From: Albugo candida
Taxonomy: Eukaryota
NCBI GenBank assembly: GCA_040437565.1
Contig: JBDOQK010000042.1
Span: forward strand, 1-64,000
DNA length: 64,000 nt
Direction: 5' to 3'
The position numbers and the translations under genes were made by a program. Positions within the stretch are counted from its first letter, which is position 1, and every line of letters begins with the position of its first letter. Shown in pieces: positions 1 through 14,350 of this stretch. Under the pieces are notes generated by a model. The model did not search any database and was not told the DNA's origin. It saw only the letters and a program-made list of their open reading frames with translations.

Positions 1-2240
1 TATCGTGCAATGTGTTGGTCTCGGTACGCGACAAAAAGGCTTTATCAATCGCGATCAATTTCATTTGCACGTGCAAAGATACCATTTGCCATTTCGTATT
101 GAGCATATCGGCTTGTGGCTCACTTTTTTTCCTAGCGTACGTCTTCTGTATCCGTTGTAAAGTTTGTCGTCAATCTCTTTGCTGGACGTTCGTCCGACTG
201 CATTTCAATCGACAAGATGCTTGCACCTGTTCGTCTTCTACATGATCCGAACCGATACGCACAATTTACTCTCCTTATCAACCGATTGGTAGTCGCAACA
301 TACAAGATGTTAATTCCAAAATAGCAGAGCGATCAGGAGGACCATTGCATGATAAGTAATCAGACGTCCTAGACGGGCAATGTGGAAGCGTATCTTGATC
401 TATGTGGCGTTTCTCCTTGAAAGCAACACCCTTTCAAGTATGTCGTCGTTTCTTGTATCTCGGAATGTCGTGCAGGCGATCTCGGAACAGTAGTTTATCA
501 AAGTGATGAAAGATATCATAAGTGCGATCAAGAACAATGGAGATTTAGATTCGTTTCTTCAGGCTTCATGGCGCACGATGTAGTCATAAACGGCTCTAAT
601 TGTAGCTGCCAATATATTGTATCCAAAAACTGTCGGGGTCGTCAAAACGGAGTATACCAGCACTATCCTTGATCCCATCTTGAGAATGACCCAGATGAGT
701 AACCATTTGGGATCTGTAAGGGCATACGTAATGCTTTTGTTCACTCTTCCAAGCAATCCTCCAAGAAAAAAATTGAGTACCCAGCTAGGCGCCGGCGTAC
801 GATTTGTGATGCAAGGGTAAGTCCTTCCAAGCGTGAGTTGAATTGACTATTCAGAAAATCATCACTGTCCGACTAATACCTACAACAAAATAGCATTAGA
901 CTTGATGACTATGACCACGTCCATAGTGCACTACAAGCGATTGCGAAGCGAACTCCGGTAGTGCGTATTATTTTGTACGTACTTCCCAGAACCACGAGTT
1001 TGTAACGCTTGATAAAAATGCCATTAGCTCGCTATTTACCCCGAGGAAGAAACAACTCACTCTGCAAACTTCAAATCCAAAACTTCTGCAAGTGTATGAA
1101 GAAAGAAGCGCTTTCCCCGAAGCCAGTATTGGTATCATTCCACTTTACATGCACTATGAGAGTTCGTCCCAATCGAAATAAATTGATTGTTCCAGATGCG
1201 ATATTGTGAAATGTCTGATAGGCAACTTTGCCTTTCTGTCTTGGCAGTGTGCTCATTCAAGAGGTCGTATCGCGACAAAGCAATGTCACGAACTTCTTCA
1301 GATGTCGCTTGTGCAAAGTCTATGTGCTTGCATTGTTTCGATAGCGAGTATTCTTTCTCTTTCAATGATCTCATCGCATTTTTCTCGAAATCCTTCTCTT
1401 GTTGCTCAAGTTGAGACGGTTCCTGTAACATGACTGAAAGACTCAAACGCAATATTGATTCTTCTTTTGCACACTATCAGGCAGGATTGTGGTTATTTCG
1501 TATGAAAAATAAATGCTCTTCCCTACATGATTAAGCTCCTCTCCATATTCTTTGATGTTTTACTTGAGTCTCTGAGCAGAAGAGTTCATAGACGATCTCA
1601 GGTGGAGTACACCACACCGTTTTTCGTGCTATATGTATTCGACATGAGAGTCTAGTACTCTGAGCATCAAATCGACACATTTCTTGCACATTGAAGACAT
1701 TACGGGCATCTCAACGCTATAGAGTACTTCAAGTGGCATCCAATTTCAATTTCTTTTAGAATCCGTACCATAGTGCATGTCTACTATTCATCACATAGAC
1801 ATGGTGACTCATGTGTTCATATTTAGTAGCCTGCTGTGAAGTTTCATTCTTTCTCGGTGCATAAGCACAAGCTGTTGATTGATCAAGAAATGAGGGTGGT
1901 AAAAACATGCTATTACTTGGTGTTAATTCATCGGGTTAAGAAGTCAGATCCATGGGAGTACAATAATCTATCAGCTGGTCCATTTTCTTCTCCTCCAAAT
2001 GTGAGATATGAATAATGTCAGGATCATGAACCTATCATTGACGTCGCCATATTCATTTTGTGATAAGAATGTGATGACTTGACAACAATCGATGAGATTG
2101 ATATAGAGTTTGATAGGAGAAGATATGAGTCTCCTAGAGCCTGTGCAGTTTGGCTGGTCTTTTTAATCATGTCATCTTCTACTGTTTTTGAGCATCGGTC
2201 GCAGCACCTCATTCGATTATAAGGACGTACGGTTGGCTTA
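1..2240 (+). pseudogene. Degenerate Cys-rich protein gene, possibly CCG/CHxC effector family
   Basis: Stop-interrupted plus-strand frames with recurrent Cys modules (SCQYIVSKNCRG ~608, NFCKCMKKEA ~1081, MCLHCFD ~1322). No TE motifs. Ends at the TA of the transposon starting at 2243. Confidence 0.3.
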
Positions 2241-2242
2241 TA

Positions 2243-4267
2243 CACTGCACACCACCTATAATCTGTAACGTTTTTAGGCCTTAGTGAATATACTACTCTT
2301 CACGCATAAATCATCGCATAACAAAAACAGAGATTTTATATGATAGATACAGTCTAGCGCTTCAAAACAAAAGGCTTCGATTTTAAATTAGATCATTTTT
2401 GGATAATTTATGAGGCTCTAAAAGTTGCCCTGTTTCTCAAGATTTAACTATTATATACAATCAAAGCGTGAACTTTGGCCGCCATCAGTGGGCAAATTAG
2501 GGTTTAGGGTTTGAGTAAAAGTGTAATATATTATCTTTTTATTATACTTACAGTTCATACAGTAGTTACTAAAGCATTGCTGTCTGTGTGAACTGAGTCT
2601 GGAACTCTTCGATGTGATCGGTACTTTTTCATAGCATATTCCGTGAATTTTCCGGTTAGATCTTCCCGACACACATCCATATAAAGGAAGCACTTTCTAG
2701 CATGGCGAATGATTGTTGCGAGCGACAATGAGGCAAGTGCTTTCGGAGCTGTCGCGACCAATCCTTTTCATGTGTAATCGCACTTTTCCCTCGCGTATCG
2801 TTTTGCTTCCCCCACAAAAGCTTTGTATAAAATTAAATACGCAATGAAATTTGGGGTAAAATATGATGAGTTGTCCCGCCGCGGTGATTGTCTCTTCCAA
2901 CAAATCTTTTTGAGCTTTAAAGTCTGGCTGGTTAAGTATAACACTGCGGCCGCAGCAGCTACCTGTGTCACCACATTTACCCCGGCAATCCAAGCGAAGG
3001 TTTCTCGTCCTGAGGTTGCGTTCCTTTAGGAGGATCTTTATGCCTTTTAGTAGTCCGGCCAGAAGATGATCTGCGGGGAGTACCAAGGATTGTGATGTCC
3101 CATCTCCAAACATTCCATTCCGCATCACCGGTTGCTTTCCTCCCGGTCCAAAATTCATCCGTTGAGACACGAGAGCATCTTCAGCAAATGCTGCGTGGCT
3201 AGTCCCATTGTCGAAAGCGAAGAAAGCTTTTGCGTGGGGAAACTGAGCATCGAAAATGGTAATTGCAGCATCCCGGACTTCCCTTTGAAGGTCTTCCGAA
3301 GTCTATTAAACATCATAGTTCTTGCCGATAATGTGATTAGGCAAGCCTCTCCTGGAAGATTGCTGTGTTGAAGCTTATTTTTTGCTCAAAGCTAGTCGAC
3401 CCCCTTGAATAAGACAGAAAATGTTAACTCTTAATAAAAGTAATGAGTTGAAAACTCTAGAATAAGAGACTTACCACAATCACTCTGGAAATCGATGACA
3501 TGTATCGATCTCCCAGCCCCCTTCTTGCGCAGTGGCTGCTCGCCATCAGGATGCCATACCTTCTTCTGGCCATCATGGGCGGCAAGTACGCTTTCATCAT
3601 GCTTCACTAAGATGATGGCATCTCTGGCAGGCCAAATCTCCGATTCCATTTCCGGTCCAAAACATTTCGGCATAAATGGCTCATAGATTCTCATTTATTC
3701 CAAAAACTGAGTACTATATGCCACAACAACTTTTCGTTTATTGCCATCAACGTACATGCCTTTCCTCACTTCTGAATAGCGTAGACCAAGTAACTTCATC
3801 TAGTGGGTCACAGTGCTGAGGTGGATTGATGCGGTGGGATCAATTTCTGGAAGTATTTTCTCGTTGACATGCTTGGTAAAATCCGTTGGTACAACGCAGA
3901 ATTTTTTTGTTTCGAAGGTAAAGCCGCACATCTGCAATGATATCTTCATCCTCTAATAAACGGATTGTTTAAACATGCTTTCCCTGCTTGCTCTCGGGAA
4001 AATAACCAGTTTCAAGATATAAACGTCCCATGCAACGAAGCATCTCGGCAAACCAACGCCCTTTTCAATTCGCCGCCGTAATTATTTGCGAGGCAGCAAC
4101 TCTCTATTTTGCAATCACGATAGACCATTAATAAATTAATAAAAATTGCGCTAGAGAATGTGCAAGTGAATGAACTATACCTGGCTGACGCAGAGTATAA
4201 GCCTGAACTATCCTGCAATAGAGGCAAGACGCAGCCGCATAATTTCCTCCTGCGATTCATTTTTTTT
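2243..4267 (-). mobile_element. Degenerate IS630-Tc1-mariner DNA transposon, copy A; other end lost in gap
   Basis: TA then CACTGCACACCACCTATAATC terminus at 2243. Transposase fragments LVKHDES, QPLRKKGAGRSIHV, FAFDN, CCGRSVILNQPDF, FYPKFHC, KKYRSHRR. Frameshifted; homologous to 55185-57404. Confidence 0.88.
3404..3474 (-). other. Predicted 71-nt spliceosomal intron in the transposase
   Basis: GTAAGT donor and TTCAAG acceptor. Splicing gives DCGGRLAL, matching intronless DVCGRLAL in the 31053-34228 element. An equivalent intron is at ~56334-56402. Confidence 0.7.
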
Positions 4268-4989
4268 NNNNNNNNNNNNNNNNNNNNNNNNNNNNNNNNN
4301 NNNNNNNNNNNNNNNNNNNNNNNNNNNNNNNNNNNNNNNNNNNNNNNNNNNNNNNNNNNNNNNNNNNGCTTGCGTTGCCTTTTTTGCGCGCAAGCGTAAA
4401 GTTGTGGTCGTGTCTACGACAAAGCAGTATGTATGGTTGTTGATGGGCGATTCTTTACCAGATTGTGAAAGTTGTAATTTCAATTTGAGATTTGGTCTGC
4501 GAGTTCGATATGATCACTTTCTTTGACAGGTACCGACCAATGATGTGATGGATTTCTATAATATACAGACGAAGTGGTGTGAACATATCTGTATCGAAGG
4601 AAAACGGCTCTATACGACAAAGCGCTCGATAAATGCAACCACGAAGACTTTAGTCATTTAGTAATTTCGCAATAGTTTGATAGTAAATAAACAACAAAAG
4701 AAATGACAGGACTTGATCCATTCGTTTGATTAACAAACAGGTGCGCTGTCACCTCGCTGGACCTTATTATCCGAATTTGAAAGGAAACATAAATCTTGTC
4801 GATAATTATGACTTATGATACATAGTCTTCGACGTTCAGTTGAGGTTATTTACATTACTAGAATTTGACGAAAATGACTTCTCTAAATGCCTAAACTGTA
4901 ATAAATAACATAAAATACATGCAGAAGTGACCTGAAAAGTCACACAAAAGTGAACTTGGCGCAAGCGAGGACCGATGAGTAGACTAGAC

Positions 4990-7340
4990 CACTCAGACCA
5001 GACTTATTACCGCTCACGCCTTCGTATCTTTAAAGAGTTGATCTACTGGAGAAATTTCGTTTAGCTGAACCCTATTGCAATAGGCCAAGAAAAACCGTCA
5101 GAAGCTGATCAAGCTGTGCGGGATCATAGCACTGCCGTTGGTAAAACCAAATATAGGCGCCGAATGTGCTATAGATCCCCGATACAGCTGATCCTGTTGG
5201 TGTTGAAGATGCTTGATCGAATAGTCGTCGATTGCGATCCGTCCAGATGAAATGTATCGCAATGGAAACCAATGAAAACTAAAGATCCTCCAACACTACC
5301 CTAAATGGCTTCCATATGTCACGGAGGAGAGGAAGTTGTAGACACGGTATGTGCGACCGCTTAGGTCGAGCTAAAAGGAAAGCTATGTACGATGGAAACA
5401 GGTCTTCCCAAATTGGGTATGTCCCACTACAGTCAAAAAACAGATGCTGACAACTTTCCACCTCACCACAATGCTTCTGTGTGCACAAGATGATTTCCGG
5501 ATGAGCTTGCTTCATAAACCAGAACCGGGATCGCACTGGTAGAATTGAATATGTCAGTCGGAGCTGAATGTCCGAGTAGATTGGTAATAAACGTCCGCGA
5601 GGACGTTGAAAACCCTTTGAGAAAACCTTCACCCAAGTCTAAGCAGCTGTCCGGTCTCTCTCCGGTAAGTGCAGCAACATTGGGTGCGGCTTATCCGGTG
5701 GTTGTGCTTTACTAACAACTCAAAAGAGTTGATTCCGAGGAATATTTGGGAACAAAACTTTCTTATCCGAAACTTGAATGTCAAAATGTAACGGGTGAGC
5801 TCCGGAAGTGGACGCTCAGTGCACACCAACACACCCTATGGTTGAATCGACGAAGAATTTGAGTAGCTTCGACGTACAATCGTCGCAAAAGCTTGGTGGT
5901 GGAAACTTCAGCTGGATTGCCATCTGAGTGCGTACTGGAACGCAAGATAAACTTCGAAGACGAATCAAACCAAGTTGATCTTCCACCGAACAAGTCACGC
6001 AAAGAACGGATACGAAACGCTTGAGCGAACTGCATCCGAAAAGCACGCGCAGGTTCAGGGACCGTTTTCATACATCGACGATGAGCAACAGCACTAGTAG
6101 AACGTTGTCGCTGCTCAAGGTGAAGATGAATATGCATATAAAGCCACACAGGAGCATTTTACATAACTATGTATTGCTCCTGCGATGACAAAGTCGTCGG
6201 TGTGAGCTCCCATGTTTTTTAACTTCACCAAACGCACGTCTGCTTCCACCATGATGACGCTACATTCCAACGATACATGGTACCATGCCGTCGAGGTGAT
6301 AACGTTTAGATATCAAGCGGTTTGAACGGTCCAAAGCTGGGTAAGATGGTCTTCACCATCTCTATTCCAGTCAGTGTCCAGTTGCTCGGAACAGCCGTAC
6401 TTGAATGGAGCGCAAATTGTTGGAGGAATTGGATTCGTTGCTTCTTTAATTGATTTTCGATCATCGAAACCTTTAAATTACCTTGTGAATAAGGAAGATA
6501 TAAAAGTTTCGATGGAAATAATTGCATGTCCGTTGAATCCCGCTCGTACTTTCGACTCAACACAAATCGATTTAACATCGATTGCGAGCGTCGCAGTAAA
6601 TGCTGCGGGATATGTTAATGTGCCGTAAAATGCCATAATCGGGACATAACCATAGTTTGCGAAACGATCTTCTAGGAATTCAATCATCAAATCACCCACT
6701 GGTGATTGACTGAAAGGAAATCCTAAATACTCGACCGACTCGCAACGTGATAGAACTTTCAAAAAAGGGAACGGCTAACATACTTGGCGACAATTTAGAG
6801 GAAGTAAAGTCGACTTGGTTAGATTTATCTTTGCTCCTGAACCATCACAATAATGATGAACGATATCAAGCTGAGCCTCTACTCCACCGACCGAAGACGA
6901 TAACAAAGTCGAGCCGTCCGCAAAGAATATACTGGTTGATGTATCCATTGGAGTGATACAAATACCAGGGCCATCGTTCCTCCGCAATAAATTACCCAAC
7001 GGCTCGATAATTGTGAGAAAGAGCAATGCGAAGAGTGGATCAGCTTGTTCCCCTCCCCGAGATGGAGTGGTCCTCGGTGAAAGCGTTTCACTCAACAACA
7101 ACGAAACAGACGTGTTGGTGTATAGAAGCTTTGTCCAGTTGATAAACGAATTTCCACAATTCATTTTCGAAAGAACTGCAAATATGTACGACCATTCCAG
7201 TCGATCGTACGCTTTCTCAAATCGAGATAGGTCATATATGCTTCTTCACCACGATAAGTGATCAAATTCTGTAGATCACTTATGTACCGTAAATGGTGGT
7301 GGATAGATCTGCCTCTCAGAAATGCCTTTTGATCTTCGGT
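4990..7340 (-). mobile_element. 5'-truncated degenerate non-LTR retrotransposon (L1-like ORF2: RT plus C-terminal zinc finger)
   Basis: KAYDRLEW, SFINWTKLLY, QADPLFALLF, FFADG (RT active-site region), SGAKINLTKS, YLGFPF, CTQKHCGEVESCQHLFFDC, IWTDRNRRLF. Confidence 0.88.
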
Positions 7341-10241
7341 TACGTCTCATAACTTAAGTGTTCTATACGAGAAGACAGATAGACGCAGCAGTTTTCTATT
7401 TCGTCACATCTCGGCAATGCAGGCTTTGTTTTTTTATACTAGTGCAAGCAAAATCCACGTTTCACGTAACCGGTTCTTGTGCGCATTGGCACATTTATGA
7501 CGATGCGGTGAAGTGGTCACGCTGATGCTGCATTCGTTTCATTAATTGGACTTACAGTTAGAGACGTCTTTGCTCCTACATTTACTTTATTTCGATAATT
7601 TCTGACGATCTGAATGAGGCCTTCACTGGAGCGATCTGAGACATTTGTATATGGCAAACATTTAACATTACCATGCCAAAAATACTTTGCAAAAAAAGCT
7701 TAATATTATTATATCATTCATGTCACTGTGATAATACTCGTGGTGCACCAAGAATAAGACGGATAAAGACCGACTAACGATTCGAACTGTTCGTTAGTCA
7801 ACTTCACCAGCTCAAAACTATTTGTATAAACTGTCATGACCTAGGAATGCCGAATGTATAATTGCCATCACAGCGCTGCTTCGATTTTCTGTTGGATGTA
7901 GAATATCGTTGTTGTGTGGCCGCTCACAAAAACTGTGTTGCGTTTTGGATGTACGAAAAACAGACATGACTTTTGTTGATTAAGATCTTGAAACTTAGTT
8001 ACTCGAAGGCAACTAATGGTGTTTTTAATAGGTCGTGGTCTATCATAAGATGTCAGTTTTAATGTATTCCATTCACATCACTGCGGGTGCTGCGGTATTG
8101 TTTCTCTTTGATAAAACCAAGCAGACCTTATCATTCATCAAAGTGACCAGGGATCGAAATTTTTCACCATNNNNNNNNNNNNNNNNNNNNNNNNNNNNNN
8201 NNNNNNNNNNNNNNNNNNNNNNNNNNNNNNNNNNNNNNNNNNNNNNNNNNNNNNNNNNNNNNNNNNNNNNCTACAGCTGAAAGCAAGTATGAGGATACAA
8301 AGATCAAACGACGGATATGTGAATATGCGACTGATTTTAAGAAGAAAACAGCCTCACCGTGTCGCGATATTGCATCCAATGGTTTTAAAGGTGCAACCTC
8401 GAAGACTAAATACGGATTTGGTAAGACGAATGGAATAAGCTTTCGTACATATGGTATGGTCTGTCAGTAGCATACTTATAAGGGCTCTTTTTTTTGTCAA
8501 TGAGAACATGGAGCGGATGAATGTGCAGCATTTGATGGTGTCACTTTCACCAGATTGGTGCAAAAATAAAAAATATATAGGTGTGGTGTTCACTTAATCG
8601 CAGTAAACCACTTTTTAATGTAAAATATGCATTTAGGTCGACATAGTCATCGCACTTAGGATACGGACATTAAAACGCGCTTGAGAAATGGATCTTGTAC
8701 GGACATGCTACCAAAAGCTTGACTTTCTATGTCGTTCGACAGCCTCCGGTGAAGAAGACCACGAAAATGTAAATATCCTCAATAAAGTATAATATTTTTT
8801 ACCCCGTTTTATACTTTTGTATATACATAATAACTTTTTCTTCACGCACTCGAAATCTAGAATGATGGAAAACTCCCATCCGCGAGCAATGAAATCTCAT
8901 TCAGGAAGTTCACTGTACCACAGAGTTAGAAAAACCTTATCCGGGATACAGGCTGATCAGTAGTATGCAGGCTTCAATCATGCTTGTATAAGATGCTGTT
9001 TGACATGTCTGAAGACAACCTTTTCACAATGATATACTATAAGGGATTGCTAAACTCACCCCATGCATTTTGTTAACCAATCATATTTCATCATTTTAGT
9101 CAATCATTTTTGATTGATTTGATAAAAGTTAAACTTGATCCAGGACGCAATCTGCAACTCCTGGCATTGCATACAGACGAATATGCACTAAGGTGCATAA
9201 GGTCATGGCTGTGAGTACTCTTATCTATCTCCAACTGCCGAGCCCCTGGCTCCCTGCGTTTTGAAGTGACTTGGAAAAACAGTTAGATATTTATGGCTTC
9301 GTCTCCTTGCGTTTTCGGGGCGATCTGGGTCGTGATAACTACCAGCATGCTCGCACTTTAAGACTTTTAGTCGCAGTTCGTTCTCAGGACGGTTTCCGAC
9401 TTTNNNNNNNNNNNNNNNNNNNNNNNNNNNNNNNNNNNNNNNNNNNNNNNNNNNNNNNNNNNNNNNNNNNNNNNNNNNNNNNNNNNNNNNNNNNNNNNNN
9501 NNNGTATGGATAGGGCAATGTGGAAAGCATTATCATCGTATGCGACACAATCACCTGTATGGTGAGGTTTAATGAGTCGCGCAAACTTGCTGAGTACATA
9601 AAGAAAGAGTGCGCATGTTGGCGTCCGATGTCTGATTGCTGAACGACTCTATTTTGCTGGTTTTCGATTTGAATAAGCCCGATGCGTGCGTTATACGACA
9701 TATTTAGACATTTAGACAGATAAGCAGTCGCAAATACCAGACATTAGAATTGATCGTGTTTCTAGTTTACTTCTGAGCTCACAAGTATTTCATCACGAAG
9801 AGCCTCTGAATAGCACTCAGATTCATCCATAGTCTCTCTACGGCAACATCCCGATTTCAATTCATCAATCTATTACTGCCGGAGTCTTCTGGGCGGCTAT
9901 ACATGGCATAGTAGGCTTCTGGATGGAACTTACAGTGAAACCGCTCACTAAGCAATTGGTCAGTCGGATCAAAACCTCTTATGCTGATAACGCACGTATA
10001 AATCAGTAATCGATCGCTTCGGGATTCCTCAAGTGTTCAAGTGCCAAATGTACAGTGACCTAGTGCCATGAAGCATGCAAGCGACATGGTGTCTTGATAT
10101 ACATATGTGTTCAATTGTGTCAAGTATACAACCTTTCGGATTCTTAGCGAGCGATATGGATAACAAAAACAACCAGAGGTGCAATGATGGCTTATAGGTT
10201 CAGAAGACGTGTATTTTGTGCTTGGTTGTGATTATGAGTGC

Positions 10242-10534
10242 TGTTGAAAGTATTTGAATTGCACTTGTTGCAATTGAGGTAGAGTAAAAGATATTAATCA
10301 TTCAACTTCTAAGTCAACACTACTATATGCATGTGCAACGGCATTACAAACTTGACCATGTCACATTTCAAATGACGTCCGTCTGGTACCCCGTGGTGAC
10401 CGTCTCTCTTCGTACCATATGTCAGGTTGTCACCAAAAAGAGCCGTTCAGATGAGGTCGGACTTTACCTGTGATAAGTCTTGCAGTTGACGCGCAAACGC
10501 TTGACGAACCGTCAGAAAACGATCTCTTTTAACA
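10242..10534 (-). repeat. Copia 3' LTR (~293 bp, TGTTAA...TCAACA)
   Basis: Starts immediately after the PPT, has TG..CA ends, and is homologous to the LTRs at 44322-44606 and ~45340-45601. Confidence 0.8.
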
Positions 10535-12031
10535 CTCCCCTTCGACGTCATCCTGGATGGCCTTCAACTTGAACATACCACGCAGGTCTGATATCCTTGG
10601 TGCTGGTAGTGCCTTCGCGAGTAGATCCGCCATTATATCATTAGACTTGCCAAGACTTGGCTGCACGACCTTATCTTGAGCGTGGTGATAGACAAACTTG
10701 AACCGATTATCGACATGGTTCACGCTTGAGCTACTCTTCTCGCTTTGCAATTGCTTGATCGCAGCTTGTTTGTCCTATCCACATGAGCATCAGCTCAACG
10801 AATTTTATGTACAGTTCTCCAAACAATCCCCTGTTCCCTAGAAGCTCACGACCAGCATGCGACGCAGCGATGAACTCCGCTACCATGATCTAAGCGATGC
10901 ACCAGTATGCTTCTTGCACGTCCACGATACCACTACACCGTCCATCGTTAGCACGCATCCTGACACTGACTTTCTATCCAGCTTATCCGCGGCAAAGTAC
11001 GCGTCGCTCCAGCTTTCGATCTTGATAGGGTCCCCTGGTTGGCTTGTACTGTTGATGCATAAGATCAGCGACTTTGTCTCCTTTATATATCGTTCAATTC
11101 GCTTGGCTATTCTCCAGTCCCTCATCGTTGGTTTGTGTGTCCTCCTGGTTGCGCGGTGTACTGCAAAACAGATATCTGGGAAGTGCATCGTGCAATCCAT
11201 AGTAGACTATCAACGAGGGACTGAAAGGACTTGATGCTTGCTAGCTCGCCGTCGTGTGACGCAACCAACAATTCTGAACCTTGCATTTCTTCTTCGCTGA
11301 GTTTTTCGCCAACTGGGGTTCGATCACCGTTCGACGATTCCAAACCATGGTCCTGTAACAGTAAGTCGATAGTCACTTCTTGGTCCAACACATGACCAGC
11401 CTCGGAGTCCAGCATTACCCAAAAACCCGGAATCTTGTTCACGACACCCAAATCTTGATTTCAAGCGACACCATGATGTTGAAAATATTGTACAACGACA
11501 TCGTCTAAAGTCTCGGTGACCAACAAGTCGTCGACATTCACACCAACAACCGTAGCATTACCATCGCTTTCTTTAATGTACAGACACATATCTGCTGTAC
11601 AGTTCTTGAAACCCATATCGAACAACTTCGAGCTCAATAGCTTGCTCCATAGCCTTCCATCCTGCTTCAGCCCATATAGCGACTTCTTTAACAATCAATT
11701 TAATGTTCTTTCGTCTGGTTAATTCCATGTTGCTTCAAAATATCTTGAACGACTTGCATTCCGCTTGACACTCTCATGTATATGTCAACGTCTTTTCCCC
11801 TTTCTTTCCTGACATATGCTCTCTTATGTCACCATGACGTGCCGGAACGTTCCTTCCTCGAGAGAGTATCAAGATCGCCTTCACAGTGCCAAGTTCTATC
11901 AACGCAACGAAAGTCAGATTATAATCGATTCCAAAGAGTTGCTCATTTTCACATGGAACAAGTCTTGCCTTACCTCTCCAAATTTCTATCAGCATCTTTC
12001 TTCGTCTTAAAAACGAACTTGTTGTGAAGAA
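10242..12031 (-). mobile_element. Ty1/copia 3' portion (RT, RNase H, PPT, 3' LTR), degenerate
   Basis: KARLV, LKKSLYGLKQ, NVDDLL, SDAYFA..RKSVSG, HVDNRFKF, MADLLAKAL. PPT GAAGGGGAG abuts the LTR. Confidence 0.92.
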
Positions 12032-12131
12032 NNNNNNNNNNNNNNNNNNNNNNNNNNNNNNNNNNNNNNNNNNNNNNNNNNNNNNNNNNNNNNNNNNNNN
12101 NNNNNNNNNNNNNNNNNNNNNNNNNNNNNNN

Positions 12132-13460
12132 ATCTTCGCCGAGATCGTGCGCTGCAAAAACGCGATTGATTAGAAGTAGATGTGCTACTTCATCCAACGC
12201 AGGATCATTCGACTCTATGCATGGAATAAGCACCCCATGCATAGTGATGGGATGATCTATTGATGCCCGGATGATTTGGTCCGGTTTAGTACAAAATTTT
12301 ACCAGCCGACGCACATGAGGGATGTACGCATCGGCTTGAACCAACTTGTCTGTTCGAAGCTGGTGAAGTGCATTTTTGGAATCCATTTCCATGAGCTCTC
12401 CGGTTTCACCTATTCGAGTTGGTCGATCCTCTTTTCCACCGTTGAATGACGCTTCATATAAAAGTGCGCTGCCTCTTTCGAAGTGGCCACCTCCTTTGCC
12501 ATCCGTGCTTTCACGGGAATAATTTGAATGCGGTTGCCATGCTCCGGATTGGCAACCGCTTGGACTTCTTCTACCTCCACCTCTATAGCTGCGAGCACAG
12601 CAAAGTAATTTCTTGTCGCCAACGTTGTGAACGCTCGAGGTGGTGCATTGGACACCATTTGGTCAAACGGATCAGTCCGATTACGCTTTCCTCTTGTCCA
12701 TGTCAACTGCATATATGTGTCACCATGGCTCTCCACCCGTGAATAGAAAGATGATTGACTTTTTACATGTTGGATGGGGAGAGTGGGTTGCGATAAGTCT
12801 GGTGACCCTGGGGGTGAGAAAGAGGGAGGAGTGCTGAGCTCCAACGAAATTTGGTCGGAGTGTTTTCGCTCCGGTCGCCTTGCCTCTAATTCCTGAATTA
12901 GAACTGGATTCTCCACCTATTTTGGGATCACCGCGACTGCCGTTGGCGCGTTTGTTTGTTTTGGTTTTCATCTTGCAGTTTTGCTTGGAATTGATTCTGA
13001 GTTTGAGGGTTTGGTTTTTGTTTTGTTGGTTGTTATTGCTGGGCTTTTTTTGCTTTTGTTTTGTTGTTGCCTCGCTCCCGTGGATGATGCAGCACCCAAA
13101 TTCAAGCAGTAAGGCCCACGTTGACCAAAACGTTGTCGTTTCGCTGGAATAGGAGCATTCTTACCCCGTACTGGGTAGAGCTATTTTTCGTAAGCGATTT
13201 CTTCAATCAATGTACCAACTCTAACCAGTTGCTGGAGGCACGTCGAATCGCCAAAGTAAACTCGCCAAGTTGACATCACCACTTCCTTAGTGGGAACAGT
13301 CTCACGAAATCCGAGTTGGTAAAGAGCGCGGAGTATGTTGTTCCGCTCCTCCTCCACGCCTACGCCGAAAACATCGAGGTAGTGTGTTGTTTCAAGAGTA
13401 GTGGCTGGGGAGTTGACAAGGGAGTGGACTGGGTAGTAAATGGATATTGAAGGCTCTAGC
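12132..13460 (-). mobile_element. Fragment of an oomycete-type LINE ORF1
   Basis: Minus-strand frames HYLDVFG..LYQLG..STWRVYF...LYPVRGK, then a low-complexity K/Q/P/S tract, RNYFAVL and HLLLINRVFAA. Recognised from memory as oomycete LINE ORF1-like. Confidence 0.55.
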
Positions 13461-13659
13461 GTTTGTTACATGGCACCAGGAGCGGTGGATGGAGTGTTGG
13501 ACGGAGTGGCTGGACGACAGGAGGTGCAATAAGAGAGAAAGACTTCTTAAATTACTTAATTGACGGTACGAAAGCAGGGTGTATTTTTGTAATCTCTAAT
13601 TTCAGGGGTGTGTTAGTAGTTTGTCCATTGCAATCCCTTTTTCAATAAAAAAAGTTGCA

Positions 13660-14350
13660 AGAATAATAATTTACCGACTTGCATATTTCCACCTACCAAA
13701 TGGCGTCTGACCAATCAGATTACGCGGTACTTCCACTCCACATTTTAACATTTCCACCCATCTTTTAATGGGAGTGGCACTTCTATCCAAAGTATTGATT
13801 GGTATTCCACCCCTGGTTGCATCTAATCTGCCATGGATGGCATTAATCCAAGAGTAATACAAATGGGCTATCCTTATCGGGTTCGTAAGAGGTAATGGAG
13901 GGCTCTCTTTTTAGTAAAAAGAATTCTGCTGGTAGAAAGCTTTCGCAAACGTGCATTCGTTCGCATCACAGGGCACTTCGAGATTCGAGCAATGTAAATA
14001 AACGGTATAGCGGTATAAAGATGCCAAGCGCGCAGAAAACAGCTACTTGCAACATCTCGAAACAATAGCCTATTACATAACAGCACCCTCGCATGGCATC
14101 TGTGCGCTTGAGAAAGTTGGCTATTCTAGAATCAGGATCATAGAAAGGTGCGCAAATATGAGTTCTGATACCTTCGATCGGCATGCAAGACTGTGGAACT
14201 GTGGCCATTTCTTGGAACAGGGGGTGACTACCATCGTAATATGATTGGTCAGAAGCCACGTGGTGGGCGGAATAGTAACTGCCATAATTTGACTAATCAT
14301 GACTGATAGAAAAAGCAATTGCCGCGATATTATTGTCCTATTTGATATAT
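13660..14350 (-). pseudogene. Degenerate secreted-protein gene, possibly CHxC/CCG-like
   Basis: Hydrophobic leader LLFLSVMISQIMA, then frameshifted FHS/QSCMPIEG and further Cys clusters. Several frameshifts. Confidence 0.3.
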
